DNA of 64,000 nucleotides from Octopus vulgaris (GCA_951406725.2 OX597838.1:37262001-37326000); one strand, 5' to 3'; numbered from the stretch's first letter, positions 13,554-28,379 are shown. Made by a program: numbers and translations. Notes: generated from the sequence alone by a model not told the origin.

Positions 13554-13608
13554 ATATCAGACCGATTTCAGTGTTAGCTCATAACAGCCCTCCCTTCGTC
13601 AGTGATAC
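13554..13608 (-). ncRNA. Minimal type I hammerhead ribozyme motif (intact core)
   Basis: guauca-CUGACGA-agggagggcuguuaugagcuaacacu-GAA-aucggu-C-ugauau; lies in an approximately 320-bp element (13297-13620) flanked by (TA)n on both sides. Confidence 0.72.
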
Positions 13609-13620
13609 AGTGAATTGTTT

Positions 13621-13662
<42 letters not shown>

Positions 13663-13666
13663 TTAA

Positions 13667-13888
13667 CCCTTTTGCATCCAGATTATTCTGTCAATTGAAA
13701 TGCTTATTTATTCACATTGTTTAGAATTAATTTTGCATTATACCATAGCTTTGAGATTTCAATCAGGTGGTTGTTTATTTTAAAAATAGCATTGTAGGGT
13801 AGGTGTGAGAGGTCAGGACTGTCTGATCTGACAACAAATCATGTAGAGAATATTTTGTCCAGATATGGCCAGTTTAAATGCTAAAGGG
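13667..13888. mobile_element. piggyBac-like MITE
   Basis: TTAA|CCCTTTTGCAT...ATGCTAAAGGG|TTAA; related inverted copies at about 38905-39300. Confidence 0.7.
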
Positions 13889-14360
13889 TTAAGGTGAATT
13901 CCATTAGGAATGTAGTAGCGTGCAAAACAGAGCTCATTCAACCTTAGAATTACCAAATAGCTGGTAGTGGTTTATTGAGATAAAAGGTTGTGGAGTTTTT
14001 GCTATCAAAGTATGAGAAACTGAAAAAGGTTCTTTTGATATTTCACGGTAGGTGACTAGAGTTGCCAGATACCATCATCATCATCATTATCATCGTTCAA
14101 TATCTGTTTTCCATGCTGGCAGTGGTTGGATGGTTCGAGTGGGGTCTGGGAAGCCAGGAGGCTGCACCAGGCTCCAGTCTGATCTGGGAGTGTTTCTACA
14201 GCTAGATGCCCTTCCTAACACCAACCACACTGAGAGTGTAGTGGGTGCTTTTTTATGTGTCACTAGCACAGGGGCCAGAGGGGACTGGCATTGACCACGA
14301 TTGGATGGTGCTTTTTACGTGACTGGTTATGCTACACTGGTGTAGGTTACAGCTGTGACC

Positions 14361-14600
14361 TCACTTTATTTGCTGGGTCTTCTCAGTCACAGCATACCTC
14401 CAGATGTCTTGGTCTTTTATCATTGCCTCTGTGAGGCCCAACGTTTGAAGATCATGCTTCACCACCTCATTCCAGGTCTTCCTGGGTCTCCCTCTACCCT
14501 GGATTCCTTCCACTGTTTGGGAGTGGCACTTCCTCACACAGCTCTCCTCATCCATCCATAGCACATGACCACACCAATGCAAACGTCTCTTTTGCATGCC
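14361..14600 (-). mobile_element. RTE-clade LINE 3' fragment
   Basis: RRLHWCGHVLWMDEESCVRK..VEGIQGRGRPRKTWNEVVKHDL..DQDIWR. Confidence 0.8.
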
Positions 14601-14768
14601 ACACGTGAATAAGAATACAAGAGTTAAAGAATAGAGTGTACTTCCAAGTCTAGGTTTAAATCCTGTGTATATTTGGATCTGTGTTGCATCGAAACATGTG
14701 TAGTGTTTATTAAATAGCTCTCTAACCATACTCCTTCATGATTCTATTTTTTCAATTTAAAATATATG

Positions 14769-14820
<52 letters not shown>

Positions 14821-16462
14821 AAAAGATTGCTTGGCAATACTTGGTATATCTTATAAATATGCCTATCATAAAATCATGAAATTCTTTGTAGCTCCTCTGG
14901 TTGTGTATTAAATTGATATATATATATATATATATACATATATACAGGGTGGCCCAAAAGTAGGTTTGCAGTTATCACATAGGCACTTTAAATTTCTTTT
15001 AAAATATTTTATTACATTTAAATTTCTATCTTACGATTAACTACTACTACTAATAATAATAATATTAACAGTACCACATAAACAGCACCGATAGCATCAT
15101 CATCATCATTATCATCAACACCAACATCATGATCACCATCACAACCTCATCACTAAATTTTTGCTCCAGCATGGCCACAGTCAAATGACTGAAACAAGTA
15201 AAAGAATAAAAGAACCACCCTAGCAGGATACCAACAACGCCATCATACCATCGCTCGTATTCATGTCATGGACACTAAATCAGCTGCAACCAACACTACC
15301 ACCACCACAACCACCACCACAACCACTGCCACCAACTCTTCCTTACACTCTTGAACTCCACACACTACTACATACATGCATGTGCACATACACATGCATG
15401 TGCATACACATAATCACTACAATACCTATTTCTTTACTACCCACAAGGGGCTAAACACAAAGGGGACAAACAAGGACAGACATAGGTATTAAGTCGATTA
15501 TATCGACCCCAGTGCGTAACTGGTACTTAATTTATCGACCCCGAAAGGAGGAAAGGCAAAGTCGACCTCGGTGGAATTTGAACTCAGAACGTAACAGCAG
15601 ACGAAATACGGCTACGCATCACTACAATACTGCTACCAATAACAAAAAGAAATTATGACCCCCTCACCACCACCACCAGTAGTAACACCACCACCCTATT
15701 CACACCCGACAATCACATACCACACTCATCACTCCTACCGTCACCATCAGATCTACAACACCAGCATCACTGCTGCCAACAACAACAACAATTGCATGCC
15801 ACTAACACCATCACCACTACCATCACCACCAATTCTACCTCTTCATCATGACCAACAGCAGCACTTGCACCAATACCACCACTGCCTGTACACCACCATG
15901 ACCACAATGGTGACGACCACCACCACCGCCACTGCCATTTCGTCACAACCATCATTACAAATACGACTTAACACTTCACCATCACAACCACAATCACTCC
16001 TGCCTTTACCACTAACCTCACAAACCAACACCACCACTACCACCACCACCACCACCACCACCACCACTACTATCACAACATTAATAGTCATGTATTAGTC
16101 ATAATCAAGATACCTTGCAGAAATTTCCAACCAGTCGGTGTTTTCATTTTTTTATTTTTTGTTTGTTTTTTTACTAATTTTGTAATTTTTATTATTTCTT
16201 TTTTTTTTTTATTAATTCTTATTTTATTTATTTATTTATTTAGTTTCATTCATGCCTTATATTCTTATTTTCTGCAGCAGAAAATTTTTTTGTGTTTTTT
16301 CTTTGTTTTTTTTTGTTTTTTTTGCTCTTATGTATTTTTACAATTTTCATAGGTGGGTGGATGATACGGGGTGTGAGCGATGCAGGGTGGGCAGGCGGTA
16401 CCGTTTTTGATATTCCACATTCTTTCACACTTACCGCTACAGGAATGGTCCTTTTGTATGAT

Positions 16463-16499
<37 letters not shown>

Positions 16500-16683
16500 C
16501 ATATATTACATAAATATACATACACAAGTATTTAAATATACATACATGTAGGCTTTAATATATTTACATATATGCTTAAATATACATACGTACACACATA
16601 TATAAACACACGCATGATTTTGATGATGCAAACCGGAAAACAGAATGCAGAACATGAGTACTTATATATTTTTTATTAATAAT

Positions 16684-17101
16684 AGGCACAGGAGTGGCTG
16701 TGTGCTAAGTAGCTTGCTAACCAACCACATGGTTCCGGGTTCAGTCCCACTGCGTGGCATCTTGGGCAAGTGTCTTCTGCTATAGCCTCGGGCCGACAAA
16801 TGCCTTGTGAGTGGATTTGGTAGACGGAAACTGAAAGAAGCCTGTCGTATATATGTATATATATATATGTATGTGTGTGTGGGTATGTGTTTGTGTGTCT
16901 GTGTTTGTCCCCCTAGCATTGCTTGACAACCGATGCTGGTGTGTTTACATCCCCGTCACTTAGCAGTTCGGCAAAAGAGACCAATAGAATAAGTACTGGG
17001 CTTACAAAAGAATAAGTCCCGGGGTTGATTTGCTCGACTAAAGGTGGTGCTCCAGCATGGCCGCAGTCAAATGACTGAAACAAGTAAAAGAGTAAAAGAG
17101 T
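16684..17101 (+). mobile_element. SINE family A
   Basis: Full-length copy. Confidence 0.85.
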
Positions 17102-17826
17102 AATCTGCAAAAGTTACAGAATGACTCAAGGGCCAAGAGTTTAATGCATTGGCATTTATCTATAACATATATGTATAATGATAAACGACCCCCTTTTCAA
17201 GCCTAGCCATGCTCATGGGCCCGGTTTCCTGGTTTCTGTGGCGTATGTGCCCCCCCCCCCCCATCCAGCTGGACGGGACGCTAGTCCATCGCAGCGTTAC
17301 TCAAGAAACAGGAAGAAAGAGTGAGAGAAAGTTGGGGCAAAAGAGTGCAACAGGGGTCGCTACCACCCCCTGCTGGAGCCTCGTGGAGCTTTTAGGTGCT
17401 TTTGCTCAATAAACACACACAATGCCTGGTCTGGGAATCAAAACCGCAATCCTCCGACCACGAGTTCGCTGCCCTAACTACTGGGCCATTGCACCTCCAT
17501 ATATATCATCATCATCATCATCGTTTAACGTCCGTTTTCCGCGCTAGCATGGGTTGAACGGTTCAACCGGGGTCTGGGAAGCCAGGAGCTGCACCAGGCT
17601 CCAGTCTGATCTGGCAGTGTTTCTACAGCTGGATGCCCTTCCTAACGCCAACCACTCCGTGAGTGCAGTGGGTGCTTTTTACGTGCCACCGGCACGGAAG
17701 CCAGTCAAGGTGGCACTGGCATTGGCCACGTTCGGATGGTGCTTTTTATGTGAAGCCGGCACAGAAGCCAGTCAAGGCGGCGCTGGCATTGGCCACGTTC
17801 GGATGGTACTTTTTATGTGTCATGCG

Positions 17827-17866
<40 letters not shown>

Positions 17867-18079
17867 TGTGTGTATATATTTGTGTGTCTGTGTTTGTCCC
17901 TGCAACATCGCTTGACAACCAATGCTGGTGTGTTTACATCCCCGTAACTTAGCGGTTCGGCAAAAGAGACCAATAGAATAAGTACTAGGCTTACAAAGAA
18001 TAAGTCCTGGGGTCAGTTTGCTCGACTAAAGGCTGTGCTCCAGCATGGCCACAGTCAAATGACTGAAACTAGTAAATGA

Positions 18080-18120
<41 letters not shown>

Positions 18121-18202
18121 CGCCTGGGGCTAAATGCATCAGTAACACCCCCACCACCCCGCCCTGACCCTAGCCACATTCAGATGGCTGATCCCTCTTA
18201 TG

Positions 18203-18243
<41 letters not shown>

Positions 18244-19446
18244 TATTTTATTTTATTTTATCTAGTTTCAGCTCACAAGCTGTGGCCATGCTGGGGCACC
18301 GCCATTTGCTGGGGCAAATATATATATATATATCGGTATAGGCAAAATAGAATTCAAAATATGAGTCTATGTATATTTTTATTAATATTACCAATGCATG
18401 AAACTGTGAGAGCCAGAGTCACTCCGTTACTTCTGTTAAATATCAATAAAATATATATATGTTCTCTTTTACTCTATTTTACTTGTTTCAGTCATTTGAC
18501 TGCGGCCATGCCGGAGCACTGCCTTTAGTTGAACAAATCGACCCCCAGGACTTATTCTTTGTAAGCCTAGTACTTATTCTATCGGACTCTTTTGCCGAAC
18601 TAAGTTATGGGGATGTAAACACACCACCATCGGTTATCAATTGATGTTGGGGTGAGAAACATACACACACACACACATATATACACACATACATACACAC
18701 ATATATATAAATATATACTACGGGCTTCTTCCAGTTTCTGTCTTTCAGTTTCCAAATCCACACACAATGCTTTGGTCTGCCTGAGGCTATAGTGGAAGAC
18801 ACTCTCCCAGGATGCCATGCAGTGGGACTGAACCCGGAACCATGCGGTTCGTAAGTGGGACTGAACCCAGAACCATGCGAGTTTTCCATTAAATTGTATG
18901 TGTGTATACGTGTGTGTGTGTGTGTGTGTGGATGTGTGTGTGTGTGCATTTTTGTATTTGAAGCACTACAGCTTCATAACCAGCAACCAGTGTTAGTTTG
19001 TTTGCATCCTCCATAACTCAGCAGTTCGGCAAAAAAGATTCCCAATGAGAATAAATACCAAACTGGAAAGCAAGTAGAGTAGCAGGGGTTGATTTGAAAG
19101 AGTTTTTAGCCCTTCACAGTGGTGCTGCGGTCTCAGTGATGGAATCAAGCAAAAGAATATGAGAATAAAAGAATAGTGGAATACCGTTCGTTTTATGTTG
19201 AGGAATTTTTCTTCTTTCTTCAAGTTTTTGATTTGGTGGAATGAGATTTCACTGGGTTTTTTTTTGTTTTTTTTTTATTTCTGTATTTTTTAATCATTTG
19301 TTTTTTTTTTGTTTTTCGGCACTTCTGTAATATATATATTTTGTTTTTATTTTTTATTACTTTTTTTGTTTATTAATTTACCTTTTTATTTTGTTTCGGA
19401 CATTTTCATTCATTTATTTACTGGTTTCAATGCCTTTATAGTATAT

Positions 19447-19495
<49 letters not shown>

Positions 19496-19535
19496 CAGTT
19501 ACGCACATATATACATACATATGTATATATATATA

Positions 19536-19568
<33 letters not shown>

Positions 19569-19666
19569 TCACACTTACACACATATATACATACATATGT
19601 GTATATATATATATATATGTACACACTCCTATACATACATATATATATGCACACACTCCTATACAT

Positions 19667-19715
<49 letters not shown>

Positions 19716-19822
19716 CACACTTGCACACACACACACACATGTATGTATATGTATGTATATATTATATATTCACACATATGTGTGTGTGTGTGCGTGTATG
19801 TGATATACATATCTACACATGA

Positions 19823-19855
<33 letters not shown>

Positions 19856-20030
19856 GGTATGTTTTTATTTTTATTATTTTTGTTGCTGCAAGTTTGCAGG
19901 GGGTGGGGGAGGTTCTGTAATTCTTTCATAGTTTTTTTTTGTGTTTTTTTTTGTTAAATTTCTTGGTGTTGATTAGTTTGCGGAAATATGTGTTTTCTTA
20001 CTGTTGTTGTTTCATTATTATTATTATTAC

Positions 20031-20096
<66 letters not shown>

Positions 20097-20867
20097 TACT
20101 ATTAATATTATTATTATTTTTATCATTATTTTTATTATTATCATTATTATTATCATTATTATTATTACTGATTTTTGGTCATTTTTGTTGTTGCTGCTGC
20201 TGTTGTTGTTGCTGGAGTTATTGGTTGTTGCTGGTGGTGGTGGTGGTGCTGGTGGTGGTGATGGTGGCGGTGGTGTTGTTTTCGTTGTGTTTGAAGTCGA
20301 AATGGAAAATTAAGGATCTGGAGACTTCTTTCATTTTGGAGTCAGAGTTTCTTGTGTCGCGTAGCGGTGGCGTGGCGCGGTGCCATATGGTATAGGATAT
20401 ATGTTTATGGTATAGTTTTTTTTTTTTTTCTTGTTTTTTTTTTTGTTTTGTTTCGTTTTGATTTTTTGTGTTTTTTTCTTGTTTGCTCATTTTGTTATTT
20501 TTGTTTTTGCTTCCTTTCCAAAAAAAAAAGAAAAAAATATGCATTTTATTAAACATCATCATGCAATGTTCTTGAAGAAAGAAAACCAAAAGAAAAAATA
20601 AAACAGAAAAAAAAGCAAAATAAATGAAAAAATTACTACCGCATCCCACCACGACCATCACCAAACAAAAGCAAAAAAAGAAACTGACTGCTTAATAAGA
20701 TGCCAAAGGGAGAACAACTCTATGGGTCAAGCAACCTGCTAGAAACTGCAGCCAAAACGCCCTTAACTGCTTTTCATATCAATTTACTCGAAATAACCCT
20801 TGGGTCTGTAATACAAAACTTTCCCTCAAAATTTCATGTTAATTTACATTGAAAATACCAGCTTAAT

Positions 20868-21033
20868 AGGCGCAGGAGTGGCTGTGTGGTAAGTAGCTTG
20901 CTAACCAACCACATGGTTCCGGGTTCAGTCCCACTGCGTGGCATCTTGGGCAAGTGTCTTCTGCTATAGCCCTGGGCCGACCAATGCCTTGTGAGTGGAT
21001 CTGGTTGATGGAAACTGAAAGAAGACCGTTGTA

Positions 21034-21079
<46 letters not shown>

Positions 21080-21298
21080 TGTGTGTGTTTGTGTGTCTGT
21101 GTTTGTCCCCCTAGCATTGCTTGACAATCGATGCTGGTGTGTTTACATCCCCGTCACTTAGCGGTTCGGCAAAAGAGACAGATAGAATAAGCACTGGGCT
21201 TACAAAGAATAAGTCCCGGGGTCGATTTGCTCAACTAAAAGTGGTGCTCCAACATGGCCACAATCAAAATGACTGAAACAAGTAAAAGAGTAAAGAGT
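20868..21298 (+). mobile_element. SINE family A
   Basis: Full-length copy. Confidence 0.85.
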
Positions 21299-21524
21299 TA
21301 ATAATCCTTTCTATTATGGACACAAGGTCTGAAATTTTGGGATAGGGGCACGGACAGTTGATTACATTGACCCCAGTACTCAATTGGTAGTTATTTTGTT
21401 GACCCTGAAAGGATGAAAGGTAAAGTCGACCTCAGCAGAATTTGAACCTGGAGCAGAAAGACAGACAAAATGCTGCTAAGCATCGGTTTTCAAATGATGT
21501 TGGTGGGACAAACACAGACATACA

Positions 21525-21572
<48 letters not shown>

Positions 21573-22084
21573 TAAGAAGGGCTTCTTTCAGTTTCTGTCT
21601 ACGAAATCTACTCACAAGGCTTTGGTCAGCCCGAGGCTATAGTAGAAGACACTTGCCCAAGGTGCCATGCAGTGGGACTGAACCCTGAACCATGTGGCTG
21701 GTAAACAAACTACTTACCACACAGCCATTCCAAACAAAATTATTTTATTAAATTTATTATTTTCTAAATTAAAAGGCAGTGAGCTGGTAGAGTCGTTAGC
21801 ACATTGGGCAAAATGCTTACTGGTATTCTACCCATTGCTGCATTCTGGTTTCAAATTCTGCCGGGGTTGACTTTGCCTTTCATCATTTTGGGGTCAATAA
21901 ATGAAGTACCAGTGAAACACTGGGATCAATATAATCGATTAGTTCCCTCCCTAAAAATTTTGGGCTTTATGCCTCCAGAAGAAAGGATTATTTTCAAAAT
22001 TAATACATACCAACATTTATTTTGTTCCAACATGATGGCCACAGCATGCAGTTGATATTTAATTCTTCTGAATGTCCGTAAGGA

Positions 22085-22092
22085 ACACCACC

Positions 22093-22124
<32 letters not shown>

Positions 22125-22755
22125 CACTACCACCACTGCCTTTACCACCACCAACAAGAACAACAACATCTTGCATCACCTCCACCATCACCATCACATA
22201 TACCTCAAACACCACTACCACCAGCACTGCAACAACCTATCACCTTCACAACTTTTCCATCACCATCCTAATTGTCACCATCATCATCATCATCATCATC
22301 TCCATATCCAGGGCACCACAGCCCTCTCTCGCCTTCACCACCACCATCACCATCAGCATTTTCAGCATCACAACCAACACCACCACCACCATCATCATCA
22401 CCATCATCATCATCACCGTCGTCGTCGTCATCATCATCATCACCATTGTCATCACCGTCATCACTTTCATTATCACAACCACCACCACCACCATTGTCAT
22501 CACTTGTCCCCATGACCACCATCATCATCACCATCATCATCACCGTCATCATCACTTTCATCATCATAACCACCACCACCACCATTGTCATCACTTGTTC
22601 CCATGACCACCATCATCATCACCATAGTCGTCATCACTCTCGTCATCATCACCATCGTCATCACTCATCATAAACACCACCACTACCATCAGCATCACAA
22701 TCACCATCATTATCATCATCATCATCACAACCACCATCATTCTCATCACTCATGT

Positions 22756-22787
<32 letters not shown>

Positions 22788-23359
22788 CTCGTCATTACAA
22801 CCACCACTACCATCATCATCATTATCACATCCACCACCACCACCACCACCACCACTACCATCATCATCATCATCATCACCTCTGAACATCAAGCAACCTT
22901 ATGAATAATTCCGTTGACCAAATTTTCTTTTTTTTTCTTTTTCTTTTACTTTTTTTTTATTTCTTTGGTTCAAGTATGTACGTTTGGGGTGGAGTGTGGG
23001 GGGGGGACGGAGGGAGAGGAGAGGGTTTCCTTTTCTTTTTTTTTTTCATACATACCAGTCTGAACATAATGAAAAACAATGCAGGGGCAGCAGCAGCAGC
23101 AGCAGAGGTAGCAGCAGCAGTAGTAGTAGTAGTAGTAGTAGTAGTAGCAGCACTGATTTGTAACTCTCTCCTGCATGTGGGTTTCTTGAAAGGAATTGTG
23201 ATCAAAAGAGAACTTTGTGTTATTTTTGTTGATGTTGTTGTAGTGGTGCTGATGGTGGTGGTGGTAGCAATGATGATGTTATTCCTGTTGTTTTTGCTGT
23301 TCTTTTTTTTTGTTGTTGGTGGTAATGTACTGGTTGTTTCGGCTCTTGTCACTTGCGAT

Positions 23360-23390
<31 letters not shown>

Positions 23391-23700
23391 CATGATGATG
23401 ATGATGATTGTTGTGGTGGTTGTAGATGGTGGTGGTAGTGATGGTAGTCATGATGATGATGATGGTGGTGGTCATGATGATGATGATTGTTGTGGTGGTT
23501 GTAGATGGTGGTGGTCATGATGATGGTGGTGGTGGTGGTAGCGGTGGTAGTCATGATGATGATGATTGTTGTGGTGGTTGTAGATGGTGGTGGTCATGGT
23601 GGTGGTGGTCATGGTGGTGGTGGTAGTGATGGTAGTCATGATGATGATGATTGTTGTGGTGCTTGTGATGGTGGTGGAGATGATGATGATGATGATAGTG
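22085..23700. repeat. Compound (CAT/CAC)n and (GAT/GGT)n low-complexity tracts
   Basis: CAT/CAC-rich 22085-22880 and complementary GAT/GGT-rich 23360-23700. Confidence 0.85.
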
Positions 23701-25559
23701 GTCTTAAAGTTCGGAGCAAGACTTTCAACTGCAAGGGAGGTGTTTGATATGTTGATTACATCGACCCCAGTACACAACTGGTACTTATTTCATCACCACC
23801 ACCCACCACTGCTGAAAAGATGAAAGACGAAGTCGACCTCAGCAGAATTTGAACTCAGAGCATGAAGACAGATGAAATACCACTTAGCATTTCGTCCAGC
23901 ATGCTAACGATTCTGCCAGCTCACCATCTTGATAGCAATAATAATAATAATAGCAATAATAATAATAATAATAATATCCCGCTCAAAAGGTCCCTGAATA
24001 AGGGTTGTTTAAGGATGTTGAAAGAACCACCCATGTTTCCAGAGGTGAATTATTCAAACCCCAAAGAATTCCTCTCAACACATGGCTATGATGCTCCCCC
24101 ACTACTTCTGCTCGTGATCAGAGATGCACATATCCTCAGCCACTAAGGGACATGCTCAACTGGTTAAGGTCAAACAACTGACAAGCAAATCTGTGGTATT
24201 GAGCAGAATATTTGCTGTAGCCCATCTTTTATACCAAGACAAAACAATGTACATGATTGGAAGTGTTATCATGTACATTGTTTTGTCTTGGTATAAAAGA
24301 TGGGCTACAGCAAATATTCTGCTCAATGCCACAGATTTGCTTGTCAGTTGTTTGACCTTAACCAGTTGAGCATGTCCCTTAGAAACAGCTGTAGAAACAT
24401 CGCCAGATCAAACTGGGCCTGGTGCAGCCTTCTGGCTTCCCAGACCCCAGTTGAACCGTCCAACCCATGCTAGCATGGAAAGCGGACACTAAACGAGGAT
24501 GATGATGATGATGTACATAATTCCTCATCTCTTAAATACAGAACTGAAGTTGTTTTTTTTTTCTATAGAAGACTATCATTTATTGGAAAGGAGTAGTGAT
24601 TAAACTCTAGGGAATTGGTTACTGTAGGAATAGAAATAGAAATGAAATGTTGGCTGACATAATTCTTATGATTTAGAATTTCCTACTCATAACAGGTCTG
24701 TTGGTTAGGGTGTTGCAGTCACAATTGCAAGACCATGGTTTTGACTTCCAGACTGGGTCGGTACATTGTGTTCTTGAGCAAAACACTTCATTTCATATTG
24801 CTTCAGTCAACTCAGCAGTAAATGAGTTACCTTGTGATGGGCTGGCATCTCATCCAGGGGGGGGGATGGGATCTTGGTCACATGTATGCAATGGATAGTG
24901 GGTAACTGGGCCTATGAGCTCTAAGACCTGAAGGCAACACTTACCATATGTGTGAGTGTAAGTGAACATGCATGTGTATGTGAGTGTGTGTGTGTGTGTG
25001 TGAATGTTTGTTTATGTATGCAGTGCTCCAAAAATCATTGAGCAATGTTGTCATTGTTGTCATTTCCCCCATCAACTAATCATTTGAAGAACAGGCAAGG
25101 GTTAGCATCAGGAAGAGCATCCAGCTGTAAAACACTGCCTTAGTATTATATACTCATCTAACCCATGCTATCACAGCAAAAAATAAACAGAGATAAAGAA
25201 ATGAATGAAAAATTGTTCTCTGTTCATATATTAATTTACATAAAACAAGACTGCTAGATATAACAGTCAAATCTTCTCCAAACAGCATCTTACTATTTAA
25301 AAAACAATGAGAAATTGGATAAGACAGTCCTATATAAAAGTATATTCTTTTATCTTTTACTCATTTTGTTCATCAGACTGTGGCTATACTGAAGGGTTTT
25401 AGCCAATAAATCAACCCCAGGACTTTTTTTTTTCTAGACTGATACTTTTTCAAATTGCTGAGTTATGGGGATGTAAACAAACCAATGCAGGTATTCAGGT
25501 GATGGTGGTGGTGGTGGTGGTGGGTATGGACACAGATGCTAAAACATACATATACATAT

Positions 25560-25767
25560 GCTGGGGTGCTGAAAATTTCCTGGATTTAAGTGTACCATAA
25601 CAGGCTTTGTTGGGGGCCCAACCTTCTGAGTTCTTTTGCAGGGCTTAGAAAAACTGAAGGACCGCTGCAATAAGTGTGTGAATCTGGGAGGGAAATATTT
25701 GTAATAATTAACTGATCCTCCTCTATTTATTTTTACCCAAGGCCAGGAACTTTTCAGCAACCCTCAC
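25560..25767. mobile_element. Mariner-like MITE
   Basis: TIRs ggggtgctgaaaatttcctgg / ccaggaacttttcagcaaccc. Confidence 0.6.
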
Positions 25768-26423
25768 ATATGCATGCATGCACCCATATGTATACAATGG
25801 GCTTCTTTCAGTTTCCGTCTTCCAAATTCACTCACAAGGCATTGGTTGACCCAGAGCTGTAATGGAAGATGTCCCAGGTGCCACACAGCAGCTTGACTGT
25901 ACCAGAAACCATGGGAAGTGAAATTCTTGTCACACAGGCATGCTTACATCTATGTCTAGATAAAAAATGAAACGAAAAAAGACGGGAATATCAAGGCTGA
26001 ACTAGCTTTGATCATAGGCCTGTCCCGGGGTTAAATAAGCAACAACAATCAATATAAGTTCAAACAAAATATCAAAACGCATTGGTATTGATCTCGGTTG
26101 TGTTTTATCTATTTAGACTGTTGTTTTCCTCTTTTTGAAATTTGAATAATTTGTTGGGGTGGGCATGTATGGCTGTGTGATTACTCTTACTCTTTTACTT
26201 GTTTCAATCATTTGACTGTAGCCATGCTGGAGCACTGCCTTTAGTCAAGCAAATCGACTCCAGGACTTATTCTTTGTAAGCCTAGTACTTATTCTATCGG
26301 TGTCTTTTGTCGAACCGCTAAGTTACAGGGACGTAAACACACCAGCATTGGTTGTCAAGCGATGTCGGGGGGACAAACATATACACACACACATCCATTT
26401 ATATAAATATATCTATATATATG

Positions 26424-26468
<45 letters not shown>

Positions 26469-27310
26469 TTATTGGAAGGTTTGGAGATGATGTACAGGTA
26501 TTTTAAATTAGAAGAAATGAGGTACTCAGAAAATCGGATGGTTTATATTTACACATATTTATTTGTATATTACATTTTTTATACATCAGATGGAATCAGC
26601 ACTTTCATAGCAACCATGACTATGCCACAAATGAGGAGAAACTGAGAAGAGCAAGGTCGTGGTTGCTATGAAAGTGCTGATTCCATCTCGCTCACCCTGC
26701 ACTCCTATCTAGCCTGGCCCCTTAGGATGGGGAAAGCAGAAGCTGTGTTGCAGCATGTGCATTCCATCTGGTTGGCCTCGAACATGGATACTGATGTGAA
26801 ATTTGTCTGTATAACTTCCATCATTTTGGCTTTTGCAATCCATGTCTGAGACTTGGAAGAGAATGGTAATGACAGATTTTTTTATCCTTTACTTGTTTCA
26901 GTTATCTGACTGTGGCCATGATGTATTACTGCCTTGAAGGGTTTAAGTCAATCAAATCGACCCAGGACTTATTTTTTTTAAGCCTAGTTCTTATTCTATC
27001 AGTCTGTTTTGCCAAACCACTAAGTTAAAGAGAAGTAAACACAACAGCATCTGTTGTGAAGTGGTGGTGGGGGGAGGAAATGCTGCCACAAAGATACACT
27101 CATATATATATAAATATAATAAAATAGGGTAATAATAAATTATTATTACCAGTGGCCTAGCACAAAAGACGAATTAGTCATTAGACTATATATTATTCAT
27201 ATATATATACAATAATAGGCTTCCAAATAGGAAAGTGTTGTGCTAGAACACAAAAAAGGGATAAATTCACGAAAGGAATGAAAATTAAAAACATTTACCC
27301 TCTCAACTAT

Positions 27311-27382
27311 ATCCCAGACCGACGGTTTCTAACTATTTCCAGCAAAAAAATATTTGCTGAAGGCAAGTTTCTTCAGTGAGAC
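27311..27382 (-). ncRNA. Type I hammerhead ribozyme motif (intact core)
   Basis: gucuca-CUGAAGA-aacu..ucagcaaa..uuugcugg..aguua-GAA-accgucggu-C-ugggau. Confidence 0.72.
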
Positions 27383-28379
27383 AGCCTTCATAATCCTGAC
27401 GTAAAGACTGCTAGATCCATATGTAGATTTAACGGTTTGTAAATCCTAATTTTTCAAACCTCTGCACAGATGCAAATCATACCCAGTGACAGGGAGGATG
27501 CCGGTAAAAATTTTGAACAAATTTATCAAACAATATTTAAACATAATATATATATATATATATATGAATATGTGATGGTTTCTTTGAGTTTCCGTCTACC
27601 ACATTCATTCTCAAGGTTTTGGTCAGACTGAGGTTATAGCAGAAGACACTTGTACAAGGTGCCATGCAGTGGGACTGAATCCAGAACGATGGGGCTGAGA
27701 AGCAAGCTGCTTACCACCCATACATCTAGAAAATTCATTCCTTTAAAGGTGCCTCAGAAGGACCCCGAGGTGAAAGGACTGAGTCACAAACACGGAGATT
27801 CTGAGAAGAGAAGGATCGCAACCATTGGGAGAGATTGTAGCAAGCGTGCTGATCCTTCCTGGCTGGGCTCAGTCTCATTCTAGCTGATCAACAGCTCTTG
27901 AAAACTGCCACAACTTGGGTACCACAAATTGGAAGGCGCTTAAGGGGCTTGTGGAAGATCAGTTGGCAGCAGATACTTCAAGATGACCTGAAGACATTCA
28001 ATATTACATGGAATGGAAGGTCAAGAGTAGCTGCTGACAAAAACCTACTGGAGGAATCTTGCTGTCTAACTTGCTGATCATTGCAGGAAAACCTAGCGCT
28101 AAAAAGATATATTTTTACTGAAAATTACTACGGCAATTATCATCAATTTTTCCATAACTTTAATATTTGACAGAATTAATGGAAACAACAGCACTAATTA
28201 AAGAATATGAATTCTGAGAAAGAATCAGGCAGGGGAAAAAAATGGTCAAAGTTATATATATGAGAAACATTATTAACAAATGTTCTGCTAATTCTTCAAA
28301 AGAGTGGAAGTGAAATAAGCAATTTTAACGGCACCATTATATTGAAGAATATATGTGTATGAATACACATGCATCTGTG

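Noticed and set aside
16428-16455. Minus-strand 16-nt microexon (AG-gaccattcctgtagcg-GTAAGT)
   Set aside because: No polypyrimidine tract, not frame-preserving, and no other minus-strand exons were found.
22072-23823. His-rich, Ser/Pro-rich and Met/Val-rich ORFs
   Set aside because: Trinucleotide low-complexity tracts open in several frames with no credible splice signals.
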